64,000 nucleotides of DNA from Octopus vulgaris (lineage: Eukaryota). The DNA lies in contig OX597823.1 in NCBI GenBank assembly GCA_951406725.2, forward strand, positions 1,736,001 through 1,800,000. The letters run 5' to 3'. The translations under genes were made by a program, and so were the position numbers. Under the pieces are notes generated by a model that did not search any database, was not told the DNA's origin, and saw only the letters and a list, made by a program, of their open reading frames with translations. The first letter of the stretch is position 1; every line of letters starts with the position of its first letter. Below, in pieces: positions 12,773 to 26,362 of the stretch.

Positions 12773-15071
12773 TATGAAAGAAAGAATGAAAGAAAGAATG
12801 AAAGAAAGAAAGAAAGAAAGAAGAAAGAATGAGAGAAAGAAAGAAAGAAAGTATGAAAGAAAGAATGAAAGAAAGAAAGAAAGTATGAAAGAAAGAATGA
12901 AAGAACGAAAGAAAGAATGAAAGAAAGTAAGAAAGAAAGAAGGAAAGAAAGAAAGAAAGAACGAAGCAAAGAAAATAAGAAAAAAAGAAAGAAAGAATGA
13001 AAGAAAGAATGAAAGAAAGAAAGAAAGTATGAAAGAAAGAATGAAAGAATGAAAGAAAGAATGAAAGAGAGAAAGTATGGAAGAAAGAATGAAAGAACAA
13101 GAAAAAGTAAGAAAGAAAGAAAGAAAGAAAGAAAGAAGGAAGAAAAGAATGAAAGAAAGAAAGAAAGTATGAAAGAAAGAATGAAAGAACAAACGAAAGT
13201 ATGAAAGAAAGAAAGAATGAACGAAAGAAAGACTTAAAGAAAGAAACAAAGAAAGAAAGAAGAAGAGAAAGAACGAAAGAAAGAAAGTATGAAACAAAGA
13301 ATGAAAGAACGAAAGAAAGAATGAAAGAAAGAATGAAAGAATGAAAGAAAGTATGAAAGAAAGAATGAAAGAACAAAAGAAAGTATGAAAGAAAGAATAA
13401 AAGAACGAAAGAAAGAATGAAAGAAAGAAAGAAAGAAAGAAAGAAAGAATGAAAGAAAGAAAGAAAGAAAGAAAGAAAAAATGAAAGTAAGAATAAAGGA
13501 AAGAATAAAAGAAAGAAAAAACGAAAGAGAGAAAGAAAGAAAGAATGAATGAAAGAAGGAAAGAAAGAAAGAAAGAAAGAACCAAAGAATGAATGAAAGA
13601 AAGAAAGAAAGAATGAAAGAAAGAATGAAAGAAAGAAAGAAAGAAAGAAAGAAGAAAGAACGAGAGAAAGAAAGACAGAAGAAGGAAAGAAAGAAAGAAA
13701 GAAAGAAACTGTGACAGAAAGAATGAAAGAAAGAAAGAAAGAAAGAAAGAAGAAAAGAACGAGAGAAAGAGAGAAAGACAGAAGAAAGAAAGAAAGAATG
13801 AAAGAAAGTATGAAAGAAAGAACGAAAGAAAGAAAGAAAGTATGAAAGAAAGAATGAAAGAACGAAAGAATGAATGAAAGAAAGAAATTATGAAAGAAAG
13901 AATGAAGGAAGAAAAGAAAGTATGAAAGAAAGAATGAAAGAATGAAAGAAAGACTGAAAGACAGAAAGAAAGAATGAAAGACAGAAAGAAAGTCAGAAAG
14001 AAAAAAGAAAAAACGAAAGAAAGAATAAGAGAAAGAATGAAAGAAAGAAAGAACGAAAGAGAGAAAGAAAGCAAGAAAGAAAGAATGAATGAAATAAAGA
14101 AAGAAAGAAGAAAAGAACGAGAGAAAGAAAGAATGAAAGAAAGAATGAAAGAATGAAAGAAACAAAGAAACAAAGAAGAAAAGAACGAGAGGAAGAAAGA
14201 AAGAAGAAAAGAACGAACGAAAGAAAGAAAGAAAGAAAGAATGAAAAACAGAAAGAAAGAAAGAAAGAATTAATGAATGAATAAATGAATGAAAGAAAAA
14301 TGAATGAAGAAAAAAACAGAGAAAGAAAGAATGAATGAAAGAAAGAAAGAAAGACAGAAAGAAAAAAAGAAAGAAAGAAGAAAAAAAGAAAGAAAGTATG
14401 AAAGAAAGAAAGAATGAAAGAACGAAAGAATGAATGAAAGACAGAAAGAAAGAAAGAAGAAAAGAACGAGAGAAAGAATGAAAGATAGAAAGAAAGAAGA
14501 AAAGAACGAGCGAAAGAATGAAAGATAGAAAGAAAGAAAGAATGAAAGAAAGAATGAAGGAAAGAAAGAACTAAAGAAGGAATGAAAGAATGAAAGAACG
14601 AAAGAAACAATGAAAAAACAGAAAGAAAGAAAGAACGAAAGAGAGAAAGAAAGAAAGAAAGAATGGAAGAAAGAAAGAAAGGAAGAAGAAAAGAACGAGA
14701 GAAAGAAAGAATGAAAGAGAGAAAGAAAGAAAAAACTAAAATATGAATGAAAAAACGAAAGAAATAATGAAAGACAGAATGAAAGAACGAAAGAAAGAAA
14801 GAAAGAAGAAAGAAAGTATGAAAGAAAGAATGAAATAAAGAAGGAAAAGAAAGAAGGAATGAAAGAAAGACAGAAGAAAAGAACGAGAGACAGAAAGAAA
14901 GACAGAAGAATGACAGAAAGATAGAAAGTATGAAAGAAAGAAAAAAGAAAGAAGAAAAGAACGAGAGAAAGAAAGAACGAAAGTATGAAAAAAGAAAGAA
15001 AAATAGATCAAGAAAAAGTAAGCAAGAAACAAAGAAACAAAGAAAGAAAGAAAGAAGAAAAGAACGAACGA

Positions 15072-15123
<52 letters not shown>

Positions 15124-16604
15124 AAGACAGACAGAAAGAAAGAAAGAAACAATGAAAGAATGAAAAAAAGAAAGAAAGAAAGAAAGAAAGAAAGCGTGAA
15201 AGAAAGAATGAAAGAACGAAAGAAACAACGAAATAAAGAAAAGAACAAGAAAAAGTAAGAAAGAAAGAAAGAAAGAAGAAAAGAACGAACGAAAGAAAGA
15301 AAGAAAGCGAGAAAGAACGAAAGAAAGAATGAAAGAAAGAAAGAAAGAAAGAAAGTGTGAAAGAAATAATGAAAGAACGAAAGAATGAATGAAAGAAAGA
15401 ATGAAAGAAAGACAGAAAGTATGAAAGAAAGAATGAAGGAAGAAAAGAAAGTATGAAAGAATGAATGAAAGAACGAAAGAAAGAATGAAAGACAGAAAGA
15501 AAGTAAGAAAGAAAAAAGAAAAAACGGAAGAAAGAACAAGAGAAAGAATGAAAGAACGAAAGAACGAAAGATAGAAAGAAAACAAGAAAGAAAGAATGAA
15601 TGAAATAAAGAAAGAAAGAAGAAAAGAACGAGAGAAAGAAAGAATGAAAGAAACAAAGAAACAAAGAAACAAAGAAGAAAAGAACGAGAGAAAGACAGAA
15701 GGAAGAAAAGAACGAACGAAAGAAAGAAAGGAAGAATGAAAGACAGAAAGAAAGAAAGAAAGAATTATTGAATGAATGAATGAATGAATGAATGAAAGAA
15801 AATGAATGAAAGAAAGAATGAAAGAAAGACAGAAAGAAAGAAAGAAAGAAAGTATGAAAGAAAAAAGAATGAAAGAACGAAAGAAGGAATGAAAGACAGA
15901 AAGAAAGAAAGAAAGAAGAAAAGATCGAGCGAAAGAATGAAAGATAGAAAAAAAGAAAGAATGAAAGAAAGAATGAAGGAAAGAAAGAACAAAATATGGA
16001 ATGAAAGAAAGAAAGATCGAAAGAAAGAATGAAAAAACAGAAAGAAAAAAAGAAAGAAAGAAAGAAAGAAAAAAGAAAAAACGAAAGAAAGAATAAAAGA
16101 AAGAATGAAAGAAAGAAAGAACGAAAGAGAGAAAGAAAGAAAAAAAGAATGGAAGAAAGAAAGAAAGGAAGAAGAAAAGAACGAGAGAAAGAAAGAATGA
16201 AAGAGAGAAAGAAAGAAAAAACCAAAGAATGAATGAAAAAACGAAAGAAATAATGAAAGAAAGAAAGAAAGAAAGAAAGAAGAAATAAGTATGAAAGAAA
16301 GAATGAAAGAAAGAATGAAAGTATGAAGGAATGAAAGAAAGACAGAAGAAAAGAACGATAGAAAGAAAGAAAGACAGAAGAATGACAGAAAGATAGAAAG
16401 TATGAACGAAAGAAAAAAGAAAGAAGAAAAGAACGAGAGAAAGAAAGAATGAAAGTATGAAAAAAGAAAGAAGAATAGATCATGAAAAATTAAGCAAGAA
16501 AAAAAGGAACAAAGAAAGAAAGAAAGAAAGAAGAAAAGAACGAACGAAAGAAAGAAAGAATGAAAGAAAGAAAGAAGGAAAGAAAGAAAGAAAGAAAGAC
16601 AGAC

Positions 16605-16643
<39 letters not shown>

Positions 16644-17333
16644 ATGAAAGTAAGAAATAAAGAAAGAATGAATGAATGATTGAATGAAAGAAAGAAAAAG
16701 GAATGAAGAAAAAACAAGAGAAAGAAAGAACGATAGAATGAAAGGAAGAAGGAATGAAAGAAATAAAGAAAGAAAGACGGAAAGAAAGAAAGAAAGAAAG
16801 AAAGGAAGAAAGAAAGAAAAAAAGGAGAAAAGAAAGAAAGATAGAAAGAAGGAAAGAAAGAAAGCAAGAAGGAAAGAAAGAATAAAAGAACGAAAGAAAG
16901 AATGAAAGACAGAAAGATATAAAGAAGAAAAGAACGAGAGAAAGATTGAAAGATAGAAACAAAGAAAGAATGAGAGAGAGAATGAAAAAAGAATGAAATA
17001 TAGAAAGAACAAAAGAAACAATGAAAGTAAGAAAGAAAGAATGAATGAATGAATGAAAGAGAAAAAAGGAAAAACAAAAGAATGAGAGAAAGAAAGAAAA
17101 AACGAAAGTAAGAACGAAAAAAAGAATAAAAGAATGAAAGAAAGAAAAAAGAAAGGAAGAAGAATGAAAGAACAAAAGAAAGAATGACAGAAAGAAAGAA
17201 AGAAAGAAAGAAAGAAAGTATGAAAGAAAAAAATGAAAGAAAGAAAGAAAGTATGAAAGAAAGAATGAAAGAACGAAAGAAAGAATGAAAGAATGAAAGA
17301 AAGAAAGAAAGAAAGAAAAGAACAAGGAAAAGT

Positions 17334-17365
<32 letters not shown>

Positions 17366-18253
17366 AAAGAAAGAAAGAAAGAAAGAAAGCGAGAAAGAAC
17401 GAAAGAAAGAATGAAAGAAAGAAAGAGAGTAAGAAAAAAGAAAGAACGAAAGAAAGAAAGAAAGAAAGTATGAAAGAAAGAAGGAAAGAAAGAAAGAAAG
17501 AATGAAAGAAAGAAAGAAAGTATGAAAGAAAGAATGAAAGAAAGAAACAATGAAAGACAGAAAGAATAAAAGAAAGAAAGAAAAAAGAAAAAACGAATGA
17601 AAGAATAAAAGAAAGAATGAAAGAGAGAAAGAACGAACGATAGAAAGAAAGAAAGCAAGAACGAAAGAAAGAAAAAAAGAAAGAAGAAAAGAACGAGAGA
17701 AAGAAAGAATGGAAGAAAGAAAGAAAGAAAGAACCAAAGAATGAATGATCGAACGAAAGAAAGAATGAAAGAAAGAAAGGAAGAAAGAAAGAAAGAAGGA
17801 AAGAAGAAAAGAAGGAAAAAAGAATGAAAGAAAGAAAGAAAGAAGGAAAGAAGAAAAGAACGAAAAAAAGAAAGAAAGTCCGAAGAAAGAAAGAAAGAAA
17901 GAAAGAAAGTATGAAAGAAAGAAAAAGAAAGAAGAAAAGATCAAGAAAAAATAAGCAAGAAAGAAAGGAACAAAGAAAGAAAGAAGGAAAGACAGAAATA
18001 AAGAAAGAAAGAAGAAAACGAAGAAATAAAGTATGAAAGAAAGAAAGAATGAAAGAACGAAAGAAAGAATGAAAGACAGAAAGAAAGAAAGAAGAAATGA
18101 ACGAGAGAAAGAATGAAAGATAGAAAGAAAGAAGAAAAGTACGAGCGAAAGAATGAAAGATAGAAAGAAAGAAAGAATGAAAGAAAGCATGAAAGAAAGA
18201 AAGAACAAAAGAAAGAATGAAAGAATGAAAAACGAAAGAAAGAATGAAAAGAC

Positions 18254-18284
<31 letters not shown>

Positions 18285-18462
18285 AAAAAAAAGAAAAAAC
18301 GAAAGAAAGAATAAAAGAAAGAATGAAAGAAAGATAGAACGAAAGAGAGAAAGAAAGAAAGAAAGAATGAAAGAAAGGAAGAAGAAAAGAACGAGAGAAA
18401 GAATGAATGAAAGAACGAAAGAAAGAAAGAAAGTATGAAAGAAAGAATGAAAGATAGAATGA

Positions 18463-18506
<44 letters not shown>

Positions 18507-19194
18507 AAAAAGAAGAAAAGAACGAGAGAAAGAAAGAAAGACAGAAGAATGACAGAAAGAAAGAAAGAAAGTATGAAAGAAAGAATGAAAGAAAGAAAAA
18601 AGAAAGAAGAAAAGATCAAGAAAAAGTAAGAAAGAAAGAAGAAAAGAACGAACGAAAGAAAGAAAGAAAGACTGAAAGAAAGAATGAAAGACAGAAAGGC
18701 AGAGAGAAAGAATGAAAGAAAGAAAGAATGAATGAATGAATGAATGAATGAATGAAAGAAAGAAAAAGGAATGAAGAAAAAACAAGAGAAAGAAAGAACG
18801 ATAGAAAGAAAGAAAGAATGAATGAAAGAAAGAAAGAAAGACAGAAAGAAAGAAAGAAAGAAGAAAAGGAAGAAAGATAGAAAGAATGAAAGAAAGAAAG
18901 AAGAAAGAAAGTAAGAAAGAAAGAAAGAAGGTATGAAAAAAGAAAGAATGAAAGAACGAAAGAAAGAATGAAAGAGAGAAAGAACAAAAGAAAGAATGAA
19001 AGAATGAAATAACGAAAGAAAAATGAAAGAAAGAATGAAAGAATGAATGAATAAATGAATGAAAGAAGGAAAAAGGAAAAAAAAGAACGAGAGAAAGAAA
19101 GAAAGAACGAAAGTAAGAACGAAAAAAGAATGAAAGAATGAAAGAAAGAAAGAAAGAAAGGAAGAAGGAATGAAAGAGCAAAAGAAAGAATGAC

Positions 19195-19245
<51 letters not shown>

Positions 19246-19419
19246 AGAAAGAAAGAAAGAAAGAAAGTAAGAAAGAAAAAAGTAAGAAAGAAAGATAGAA
19301 AGAAAGAAAGAAAGAACGAAAGAAAGAAAGATAGAACGAAAGAATGAAAGAATGAAAGAAAGAAAGAAAGAAAGAAAGAAAGGAAATATGAAAGAAAGAA
19401 TAAAAGAAAGTAAGAATGA

Positions 19420-19455
<36 letters not shown>

Positions 19456-19680
19456 CAGAAAGAAAGAAAGAAGGAATGAATGAACGAAAGAAAGAATAAA
19501 AGAAAGAAAGAATGAAAGAGAAAGAAAGAAAGTAGAAAAGAACGAGAGAAAGTAAGAAAGAAAGAAAGAATAAGAATGGAAGAAAGGAAGAAGAAAGAAA
19601 GAAACAAGGAAAGAATGAAGAAAGGCAGAAGGAAAGAGAAATGAAAAAAAGAACAAAGAGGGGAGAAAGGATGGAATCAA
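11090..19680. repeat. About 8.6-kb degenerate (GAAA)n purine-strand satellite
   Basis: Continuous GAAA/GAAT/GAAC variants; it explains the 400-1280 aa F/L/S pseudo-ORFs. Confidence 0.97.
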
Positions 19681-20018
19681 AGAAACCCGCAAAATCGGAA
19701 ATGAAAGGAATAAGTTGTATCTGCCAACCGACTTCTTTATTTTTCGAAATGTGACGTTTTTAAAGAAATCCGTTGTTGGAGATTTGTTTAGTTTCAGTAG
19801 TGGCGGTGGTGGTGGTGGTGGGGATGATGGTGGGGAGGAGTGATTGGTTCTGTCGTCGTCGAGCTTTAGCTGCATCTCTACCACTAATGCTCTTACCATC
19901 GCTGCTCTAGACTGGCCACTGCCAACTGTTGTCATTCACAGAAGCTGTTTACCATTTGTTGCTACCATTTTTTCTGATTCTGTTACTACATCGACACCAC
20001 CACAACCACCACTACTAT

Positions 20019-20611
20019 CCTCCTTTAAGAAACAGATTGGGTTTATTTACATTTGTGAAGAAAAAAGATACCCTTCCCCCACCCCTAACCCTAACTTACC
20101 CTAAATCTAAAATAGATTGAAATGCAATAGATCTAGGGTTATAATTATGGGTGACAATTTCATACGACACCGCTACGGAAAATGGGATTTTTTCTAGCGG
20201 TGTCAAATAAAAATGTCACCCATAATTATGGCCCTAGTATCGATCTATTGCATTTCAATCTATTTTAGATTTAGGGTTAGAGTTAGGGTTAGTTAAGGTT
20301 AGTTAGGGTTAGGGGTTGGGGAAGGCTATCTTTTTTTCTTCACAAATGTAAATAAACCCAATCTGTTTCTTAAAGGAGGGACATATTCATTATGCACAGA
20401 ATGTTATTTACTTAAATGGACGTCAGCGATTGGTTAAAATTGCCGAAATGCTCGAAATTAAAGACGAAATATGTTACAACCTATAGAATTTTCTCAATAT
20501 AGACCAGAGAAAATGATGTTTTATAAACACATTCTACCAGTATACGAAGTTTAAAACTTTTTAGTGACCTAGAAATTATGTTACAAGGTGCCGTTCAAAA
20601 GGAAAAGATCC
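20019..20611. mobile_element. Palindromic non-autonomous DNA element containing CCCTAA/TTAGGG motifs
   Basis: 20019-20379 is an imperfect palindrome (CCTCCTTTAAGAAACAGATTGGG...CCCAATCTGTTTCTTAAAGGAGG). The right-hand extension to about 20611 is inferred. Confidence 0.65.
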
Positions 20612-20886
20612 CATATCATCCTTTCTGTATTTTTGTTATATGTACCCCATGTCCTGTATTGTATTTTTATGTCCCCTCTTCATTCGGGCCATTGTGCTTA
20701 TAATAAACATGCATGTCTTCAGGTGTGAATCCTAGCTGGTGGGGGTGCTTGCCTCCCCTTCGCAAATATAAGGACACAGGAATGTGTCAAAGCCGACAGG
20801 AAGCGTCAATGCTTCCTAGGGCTAAACAACGGTGGTATATAATTCCCTTACGGGACTGTCACGTTATGTTGACAGTATACAACCAC

Positions 20887-20943
<57 letters not shown>

Positions 20944-20963
20944 ATATGTGTATATATATGTGT

Positions 20964-21010
<47 letters not shown>

Positions 21011-21719
21011 AGCGTGATTGCGTGTGGTGTGTGTGTGTGTGTGCGTGTGCGTGTGTATTCAATTCCGATTCCTACCAGGGCCATCTCTACGGTTTATAAG
21101 AATATGTGGCACTTTACTGACCAAGGAAAGATAAAATTCGTTAAGATCTGAACTAAAAACCTAAAGGGCTGTAAGAAAATGCTGCAAGACAATTTGATCT
21201 TCGCGTTCTAGATTTTGCCATCATGCTGTCACATGATGAATATTAGAAACAGGTATTAGTAATTGTGAGTGCGCATGCACATGGATAGGTAAAAGTGCGC
21301 GCGCGCGCCCTATTGCGTCTCAGAAATTCTTTATTCAATAAAACGTGTTTTGATTTTAAAAAATTAATTCCATTTACTGATTACATTTGATTCGATGTTG
21401 AGGTGCCGGAGGTTATATTTCTCAAGATATAATTAAGGGATTATTTCGTTCATGTGAACTTTTTCAAATGAAATATCAAAAGACCTTTACGCATAAACAC
21501 AACTCGCCAAACCACAGCTATGTATAAGTATGTATGTATATGTATATATATATATATATATATATACATATATTTATAAATATGTATATATATATATATA
21601 TATATATACATATATTTATAAATATGTATATATATATATATATACATATACATACACACACACACTCATATATACATATATATATATATGTATATATACA
21701 TATATATACATATATATAC

Positions 21720-21767
<48 letters not shown>

Positions 21768-21830
21768 CGTTATATAATTAGGGCTTAGTAAAATAAATTA
21801 CTTTGCCATATACATTCAGTATATATTTCA

Positions 21831-21866
<36 letters not shown>

Positions 21867-22867
21867 GCACATACACATATACATACATACATACACAAAC
21901 ACATCCGTACGTAGACACATAAAAAGAAATCAACCAACTGATTCGCACGTTACAAATACAATCTATAAGTGGAACAGTAAAAATATGCAAGACTTTTCCC
22001 AAGTTTAAAGTGTGATATTGTTTCTGTCATCTTCACTTCCAATGTGGAACTTTGTATCTTTGCTAGAAACCGGTTCCTTTCTCGGAGGAAGAATTTAAAT
22101 GATTAAAAACAGGAGAGAACGTACGTACGTACGCACACACACACACACACACACACACAGATACAGATATGCGCGCGCTTACACAGGCACACACACACAT
22201 ACATGCATACACACATACATACATGCATACACACATACATACATGCATACATATATACATACAGCTGCCCTGTGGACACCAATGAGGTTGGGAAATTACA
22301 GGAGAAAGAGCGCAGCTATGCACCATTGATAAGGAATTTGCAAATACAGTTCTAAAAATAGACTTTCAGCATCATACCTAATAATATTGGAGCAACAGGA
22401 TACTTCACAATCCGTTTGGAGCAAAGTATGGCTGAACTGGGGACCCCGAGGTCCCATACCAATACTAGCGATCCCCTTGAAGACTATGTCTAAAAGAAAC
22501 CTTCCAAATATTAATATATAATTCGCCGCAATTACTAAATAAACAAAACGAAGCGTTTTCTATATGTTGTCATAGGTCCTATCTATTTCTATTTCTTTAT
22601 TGCCCAAAGGAGGGTTTAACATAGAGGGGACAAACAAGGACAGACAAACAGATTATATATATGTATATATATACAAAGAGGGAGAGAGAGAGAGTTGAAA
22701 TTTATAGAGAGTGGACAAACGAAAGAAGGGCTCACAACAAATTTATTAGCAGTTACATGCATGGATCAAAACAGTCGTCAGCCATTTTGATTCAAAGTGA
22801 CTGACCGACTAGCATTACGCCTGAAACTCAAGAGTACCGACGAATGTGAATCAAATTGCTTTGATCC

Positions 22868-22974
<107 letters not shown>

Positions 22975-22976
22975 TG

Positions 22977-23652
22977 CACGATCTGATCAATAAGTATGCC
23001 GATTCTTTCCATAGTAGAATGAAGGCGCTTGGCAAAGATTGACCTTAAACTCTGCCGTGCATGTGCAATAAGTTTTAACAGCTCACTTCCGCTGTTTACA
23101 GTAGTGTTTGGAAGGAAGGTGTGTTGCATGTGATCGTCGCATTGACAATGACAGAGAAAACTGTTATGGTGATACTTGCTCAGAAAGTGTATGGAGAGGA
23201 GTGTTTGAGCTTCACACAAGTGTACGCGTGGTTCAGACGTTTCCAAATTGGCCGAGCAAATGTCGATATTGACGAACGTTCTGAGAGGCCAGCAATCAGC
23301 AGAACTGAGAAAAACATCGCAGTTGCAAAAGATCTCCTTGATTGTGTCGAGAACGATGAAAAAGTTTGAAAACTTTGCGCAGGCCTCTAAGCAAGTATCA
23401 CCAAGATTTTGGCAAAATTTGATGCAGATTCTCTGCTCACCTTTCTCTGTGATGGTCAATGCGACAACCACACGTTACACACCTTCCTACCGAGCACTGC
23501 TGTAAACAACAGAACAGGGCTGGAGCGTTAAGACTTAGTGTGCATTCACATCAGAGTTTAAGCTTAATCTGTGCCCAGCAGCTTTGTTACTGTGGCAACA
23601 GCAGCTTTGTTACTATGGCAACAGCTCGGATACTTATTGATCAGACCACGTA
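22977..23652. mobile_element. Non-autonomous mariner derivative built from two converging 5' ends
   Basis: TIRs TCTGATCAATAAGTAT..CGA at both ends. The + strand has an HTH fragment (VYGEECLSFTQVYAWFRRF..GR). The - strand has the transposase start (EQRICIKFCQNLG). Confidence 0.85.
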
Positions 23653-23744
23653 TATATATATATATACTTTATCTCAAAGCAGCAGAAATTCAACAAAACC
23701 ACTCTTAGTTTCACGTTCCCGTTCGTCGGACAGTTTTTGTTTAC

Positions 23745-23817
<73 letters not shown>

Positions 23818-23966
23818 GGTTAAGTAATTGAGATTCAAGTGAATTCTAAAGAATTCACATGAATATGGTCCTTAACTAGGATGCACCGGAAATCTATATG
23901 GTGTTAACCATACGACAAGTGGGGTGATTAGAAATAGGAAAAAAGCAACAAGAATGGATTAAAATC

Positions 23967-24050
23967 TCGGTACGATCGTTTCGTACGAGGACATCTTTAA
24001 TAAGCTACAAAAAATGCAGTGAATACAGATGGCTCGTACTCGTCAGCCGA
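23967..24050 (-). ncRNA. Type I hammerhead ribozyme motif (intact core, extended stem II)
   Basis: UCGG-CUGACGA-GUACGAG...CUCGUAC-GAAA-CGAUCG-UA-CCGA: stem I of 4 bp, stem II of at least 7 bp, palindromic stem III, GUA cleavage triplet. Confidence 0.85.
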
Positions 24051-24889
24051 AAAAACATCAGACAATTCCCAAACATCAAAAGGGGTAGATACAAAAGAGG
24101 TTGTAAGATTAACTGCATTGAAGAAAGTTCGATTCATGGAGATCCGATGAAAGGTTTTAAACTTACAGAATTTGTGCATGTCTACATATAGCTCATATTG
24201 AATTTCTAATCAAGTTGTGTGAAGAAATTTTCGGATAGTCATGCAAAATTTCTGAAAATCCGAGTAAGAGGCAAAGTGACTGCCATATCATGTAGAGGAA
24301 AGTCTGAGTAAAAGCAAAGTGACTGTCATATCGTGTAGAGGAACAGATTGTTATTGAAATTTACAAGAATCGCAGATAAGTTCGATTCATGGAGATCCGA
24401 TGAAAAGTCTTGAACTTACAGAATATGTGCATGTCCTTATAGTTCATAATCCAGTTTTGTGAAGAGATTTAGGGTACAATCATGCGAAAATATCAGGGAA
24501 TTCGAATGAGAAGCAAAATGACAGTCTTATATTGTAGAGGTGCAGGTTGTTAATGAATTTTACAAGAATCACAGAGAGAGGAGGAAGGAAGTAGAATTTA
24601 ATCAGTTACTGCTATTAAAGCTATCAAAGAGAAAGGAAAGGGGAAGCTAAGGGGATGGACACAAGTTGATACTACCAGAAAATCTAAGCTTGTTTAGTGC
24701 AAAATTCGAACTGAGGTCAACAATTTATTTCTTTATTTATAAATGTTACTATTAATAGATTGTCAGGTTACAATGAGAGGTCATTAGAAAGGAAAGAAAA
24801 ATGGGGTTGTTTTTTAATGAAATCAAACAATTATATTATTATTATACTATACTATAATACACGATGTTTGGGAATTCTCCGATGTGTTT

Positions 24890-24973
24890 TCGGCTGACGA
24901 GTACGAGCCATCTGTATTCACTGCATTTTTTGTAGCTTATTAAAGATGTCCTCGTACGAAACGATCGGACCGA
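24890..24973 (+). ncRNA. Type I hammerhead motif, inverted copy with the cleavage triplet mutated (GUA to GGA)
   Basis: TCGG CTGACGA GTACGAG...CTCGTAC GAAA CGATCG GA CCGA. Confidence 0.75.
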
Positions 24974-25217
24974 GATTTTAATCCATTTTTGTTGCTTTTT
25001 TCCTATATATATATATATATATATATAATAATAATAAATATTAGGGAATAAATCCAAATTTACAGGGAAAAATCAGATTTAGGATTGAATCCAATTTTAT
25101 AGCAAAATATTATATAATATTAATTAGAGACAAAACCACTATTTTGCAAATCAAACAAAGAAAGACTTAATCCAATACATAAAAAAAATTAATATAAATT
25201 AAATAAAATTAAATTCG

Positions 25218-25263
25218 CCACTACAATTGTTTCGTGTCTCTTCTAAGGACATTCATCAGGTGG
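25218..25263 (-). ncRNA. Minimal type I hammerhead ribozyme motif (Penelope-type)
   Basis: CCAC-CUGAUGA-AUGUC(CUUAGAAGA)GACAC-GAAA-CAAUUG-UA-GUGG: canonical core and palindromic stem III. Confidence 0.85.
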
Positions 25264-25283
25264 ATTTCAGATCTTCTATTCAA

Positions 25284-25468
<185 letters not shown>

Positions 25469-25567
25469 ATCCAAACAAGAAAGCACAAAAAAACACAAGG
25501 CGAGGACGTGGAACAAATATACTATTATTGGACGCTCAGGAAAGAAGGAAAGAAGGAAAGAAGGAGG

Positions 25568-25602
25568 GTTTAACGTTTCGAGCGGAGCTCTTCGTCGGAA
25601 AC
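25568..25602 (-). ncRNA. Ultra-minimal variant hammerhead-like motif
   Basis: GUUU-CCGACGA-A-GAGC(UCC)GCUC-GAAA-CGUU-AAAC: U4-to-C core variant, stem III reduced to an AACGUU palindrome. Confidence 0.55.
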
Positions 25603-25682
25603 ATAGGAGAAAGAAAGATCCAGAGAAGGGAAGACAGAGGGAAAAAAATCGCCAACGGTACACACGAGGTCACATTTTGAAG

Positions 25683-25884
<202 letters not shown>

Positions 25885-26278
25885 AAGCGCACCGTCAATG
25901 TCTGTACATCTATAGGACGAAAGGGAATAGAAGATACATAAAACCAAGGTATGTGTTCTCATATAAAATTTTACGAGAAAGCTGATCACCTATATAAAAT
26001 TTATTTTCCATTTCGATTAGGGGCCTAAAGTGGGGCAAACACCCCCTGTGAAATTTCAGATACCTTCGATTTCAACATACCTACTAGGTACTAAATAAAG
26101 AGGATTTCCAAAATTTAACCATCTTGCAATAATATTTAACCCCCCTAATGGAGTTTATAACACGGGACAGAGCCCTTTTGAAAATGCAAACGCATCAACT
26201 TTTCATGGAAGATACATAAAATTTAAGTATGTGTTCTTGGAATAAGTGTACTAGAAAACTTCAATAATGCATCTCTTG

Positions 26279-26362
<84 letters not shown>

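Larger units (their letters stand above)
23934..25006. mobile_element. Penelope-like element relic bounded by about 144-bp inverted repeats (23934-24077 and 24863-25006), each carrying a hammerhead motif
   Basis: The inverted repeats are seen directly. The PLE assignment is inferred from the hammerheads, the inverted pLTR-like layout and the (TA)n context. Confidence 0.7.

Noticed and set aside
11223-19935. Very long minus-strand ORFs (up to 1280 aa, F/L/S-rich)
   Set aside because: Translations of the (TTTC)n satellite; the absence of stops is compositional.
20270-20315. True telomere or telomere fusion site
   Set aside because: Only a few degenerate units, embedded in a palindromic element.
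21417-21474. UUGAAAAA-GUUC/GAAC-GAAA hammerhead-like variant on the minus strand; similar weak motif at about 35005-35050
   Set aside because: The core is degenerate and stem I is misregistered; at best a decayed PLE remnant.
22330-22540. Very decayed RLE retrotransposon tail (IIP.IIGATGY-like)
   Set aside because: Too degraded to delimit or assign with confidence.
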